Source: the human T2T-CHM13v2.0 reference genome, Homo sapiens. From it: DNA of 64,000 nucleotides. Positions 61,300 through 64,000 of the stretch are shown in pieces. Every line of letters starts with the position of its first letter. The stretch's first letter is position 1. A program made the translations under genes and the position numbers. The notes beneath the pieces were generated by a model. It was not told the origin of the DNA. It worked only from the letters and a program-made list of their open reading frames with translations, and did not search any database. The stretch lies in the NCBI RefSeq assembly GCF_009914755.1, contig NC_060934.1; one strand, written 5' to 3'.

Positions 61300-61808
61300 T
61301 AGTAGAGATGGAGTTTCACCATGTTAGCCAGGATGGTCTCGATCTCCTGACCTCGTGATCCACCCACCTCGGCCTCCCAAAGTGCTGGGATTACAGGCAT
61401 GAGCCACCGTGCCTGGCCCTCAAGTTGAGTTTTCTAAACCAAATAAAATCTGACTCCCAGCCCCAGAAAATGGGGAAAGGCACCCTGATGCTTATGATGG
61501 TTACCTTAGTACCTGCGGCCATGGGGTACGGATGTGGAGGGCTACTCCTCCACCTCCACCAACCACCAAGCTCCAAAGCTCTATGTTGGCTCAAAAAGGC
61601 CCTACAATGGTCCTTACTGCATTGCCTCAGAGACATCTTGGAGTCTAGTCTCCATAAGCACAGGCAAGTTTCCCTCCATATGGCATACTCCTGGGGTCAC
61701 TCTCTCAGTTCATTGTAAGGCACTGGCCACCTCTCATTCCCTCCTCTCTAGGATAAGCCATCTTAATCTTCCTCAATGATTCTTTTTTTTTTTTTTTTTT
61801 TTTTTTGA

Positions 61809-62296
<488 letters not shown>

Positions 62297-63054
62297 TGAA
62301 CTCCTGAGCTCAAGCAATCTTCTTGCCTGGGCCTCCCAAAGTGCTGGGATTATAGGCATGAACCACTGTACCCAGACCTTCAATGGTTCTGAAGCGGAAA
62401 ACCCTTCTTTTTTTTTTTTTTTTTTTTTGAGACAGAGTCTTGCTCTGTCACCCAGGCTGGAGTGCAATGAATGGTGCAATCTCTGCTCACGGCAACCTCT
62501 GCCTCCTGGGGCCAAGCAATTCTCCTGCCTCAGCCTCCCAAGTAGCTGGGACTACAGGTGCGCAACACCATACCTAATTTTTTGTATTTTTAGTAGAGAT
62601 GGGGTTTCACCATGTTGGCCAGGCTGGTCTCGAACTCTTGACCTTGTGATCCACCCACGTAGGCCCCCCAAAGTGTCGGGATTACAGGCGTAAGCCACCA
62701 TGCCCGGCTCTTTGTTTTGTTTTTTGTTTTTGAGACAGGGTTTCACTCCCTTCACCTAGTCTGGAGTGCAGTGGTGCAATCTCAGCTCACTATAGCCTCG
62801 ACCTCCTGGGCTCAGGTTTCTCCCACCTCAGCCTCCAGAGTAGTTGGGACTACAGGCGTGTGTCCCACCATGCTTGGCTAATTTTTGTATTTTCAGTAGA
62901 GATGGGATTTTGCCATGTTGGCCAGGCTGGTCTTGAACTCCCGGGATCAAGCAATCACTGCCTTACCCTCTTAGTGTTGGGATTACAGGTATGAGCCACC
63001 GCACCCGGCCTTGCTCTTTTTTTTTTTTTTTTTTTTTAAACAAAACAAAACAAA

Positions 63055-63808
<754 letters not shown>

Positions 63809-64000
63809 CCCAAAACTCTTTATAGATCCTGTGTCCTGTCCCATGAAAGCCCACTGTACTTTTGGAGTCAATAGCAAATTGGATGAGCTAAATAAATCTT
63901 CACAAATAATGTGATAATGGGAGAGGCAATGTATGTACCCTTTTTTTTTGAGACGGAGTCTCACCGGCCCCCCCGCTGAAGTGCAGTGGCGTGATCTTGG

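Noticed and set aside
61425-61779. Non-Alu ORFs of 81-97 aa
   Set aside because: Overlapping frames on both strands, no recognisable domain or splice structure

Overview
Human (primate) genomic DNA, extremely Alu-dense (by eye roughly half the window, >100 copies and fragments). The first 34.8 kb hold the last 11 coding exons of CCAR1 (cell division cycle and apoptosis regulator 1, CARP-1) on the + strand. I traced them by hand. All junctions are GT-AG and in phase, giving 1617 nt = 538 aa + stop: SAP domain, acidic/lysine-rich region, EF-hand-like segment and C-terminal coiled coil. A short AU-rich 3'UTR with AATAAA follows. The remaining ~29 kb looks intergenic (from recall of the locus, it leads toward STOX1, which is not in the window). 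It contains Alu, L1, L2, MIR, DNA transposons and ERV1 LTRs. Nearly all ORFs in the supplied track are Alu read-through artefacts. Best leads: (1) two adjacent MER41 LTRs keeping four intact STAT GAS sites; (2) a candidate poison exon just upstream of the first exon shown; (3) the SAP-domain exon has a recursive-splice-type start and is bracketed by inverted Alus inside an all phase-0 exon block (in-frame skipping or stop-less circRNA); (4) an ancient diverged ~230-300 bp duplication in the intergenic region; (5) a near-complete Tigger1 nested in an L1 and riddled with Alus. I see no evidence for a novel protein-coding system. The regulatory and splicing claims are hypotheses.
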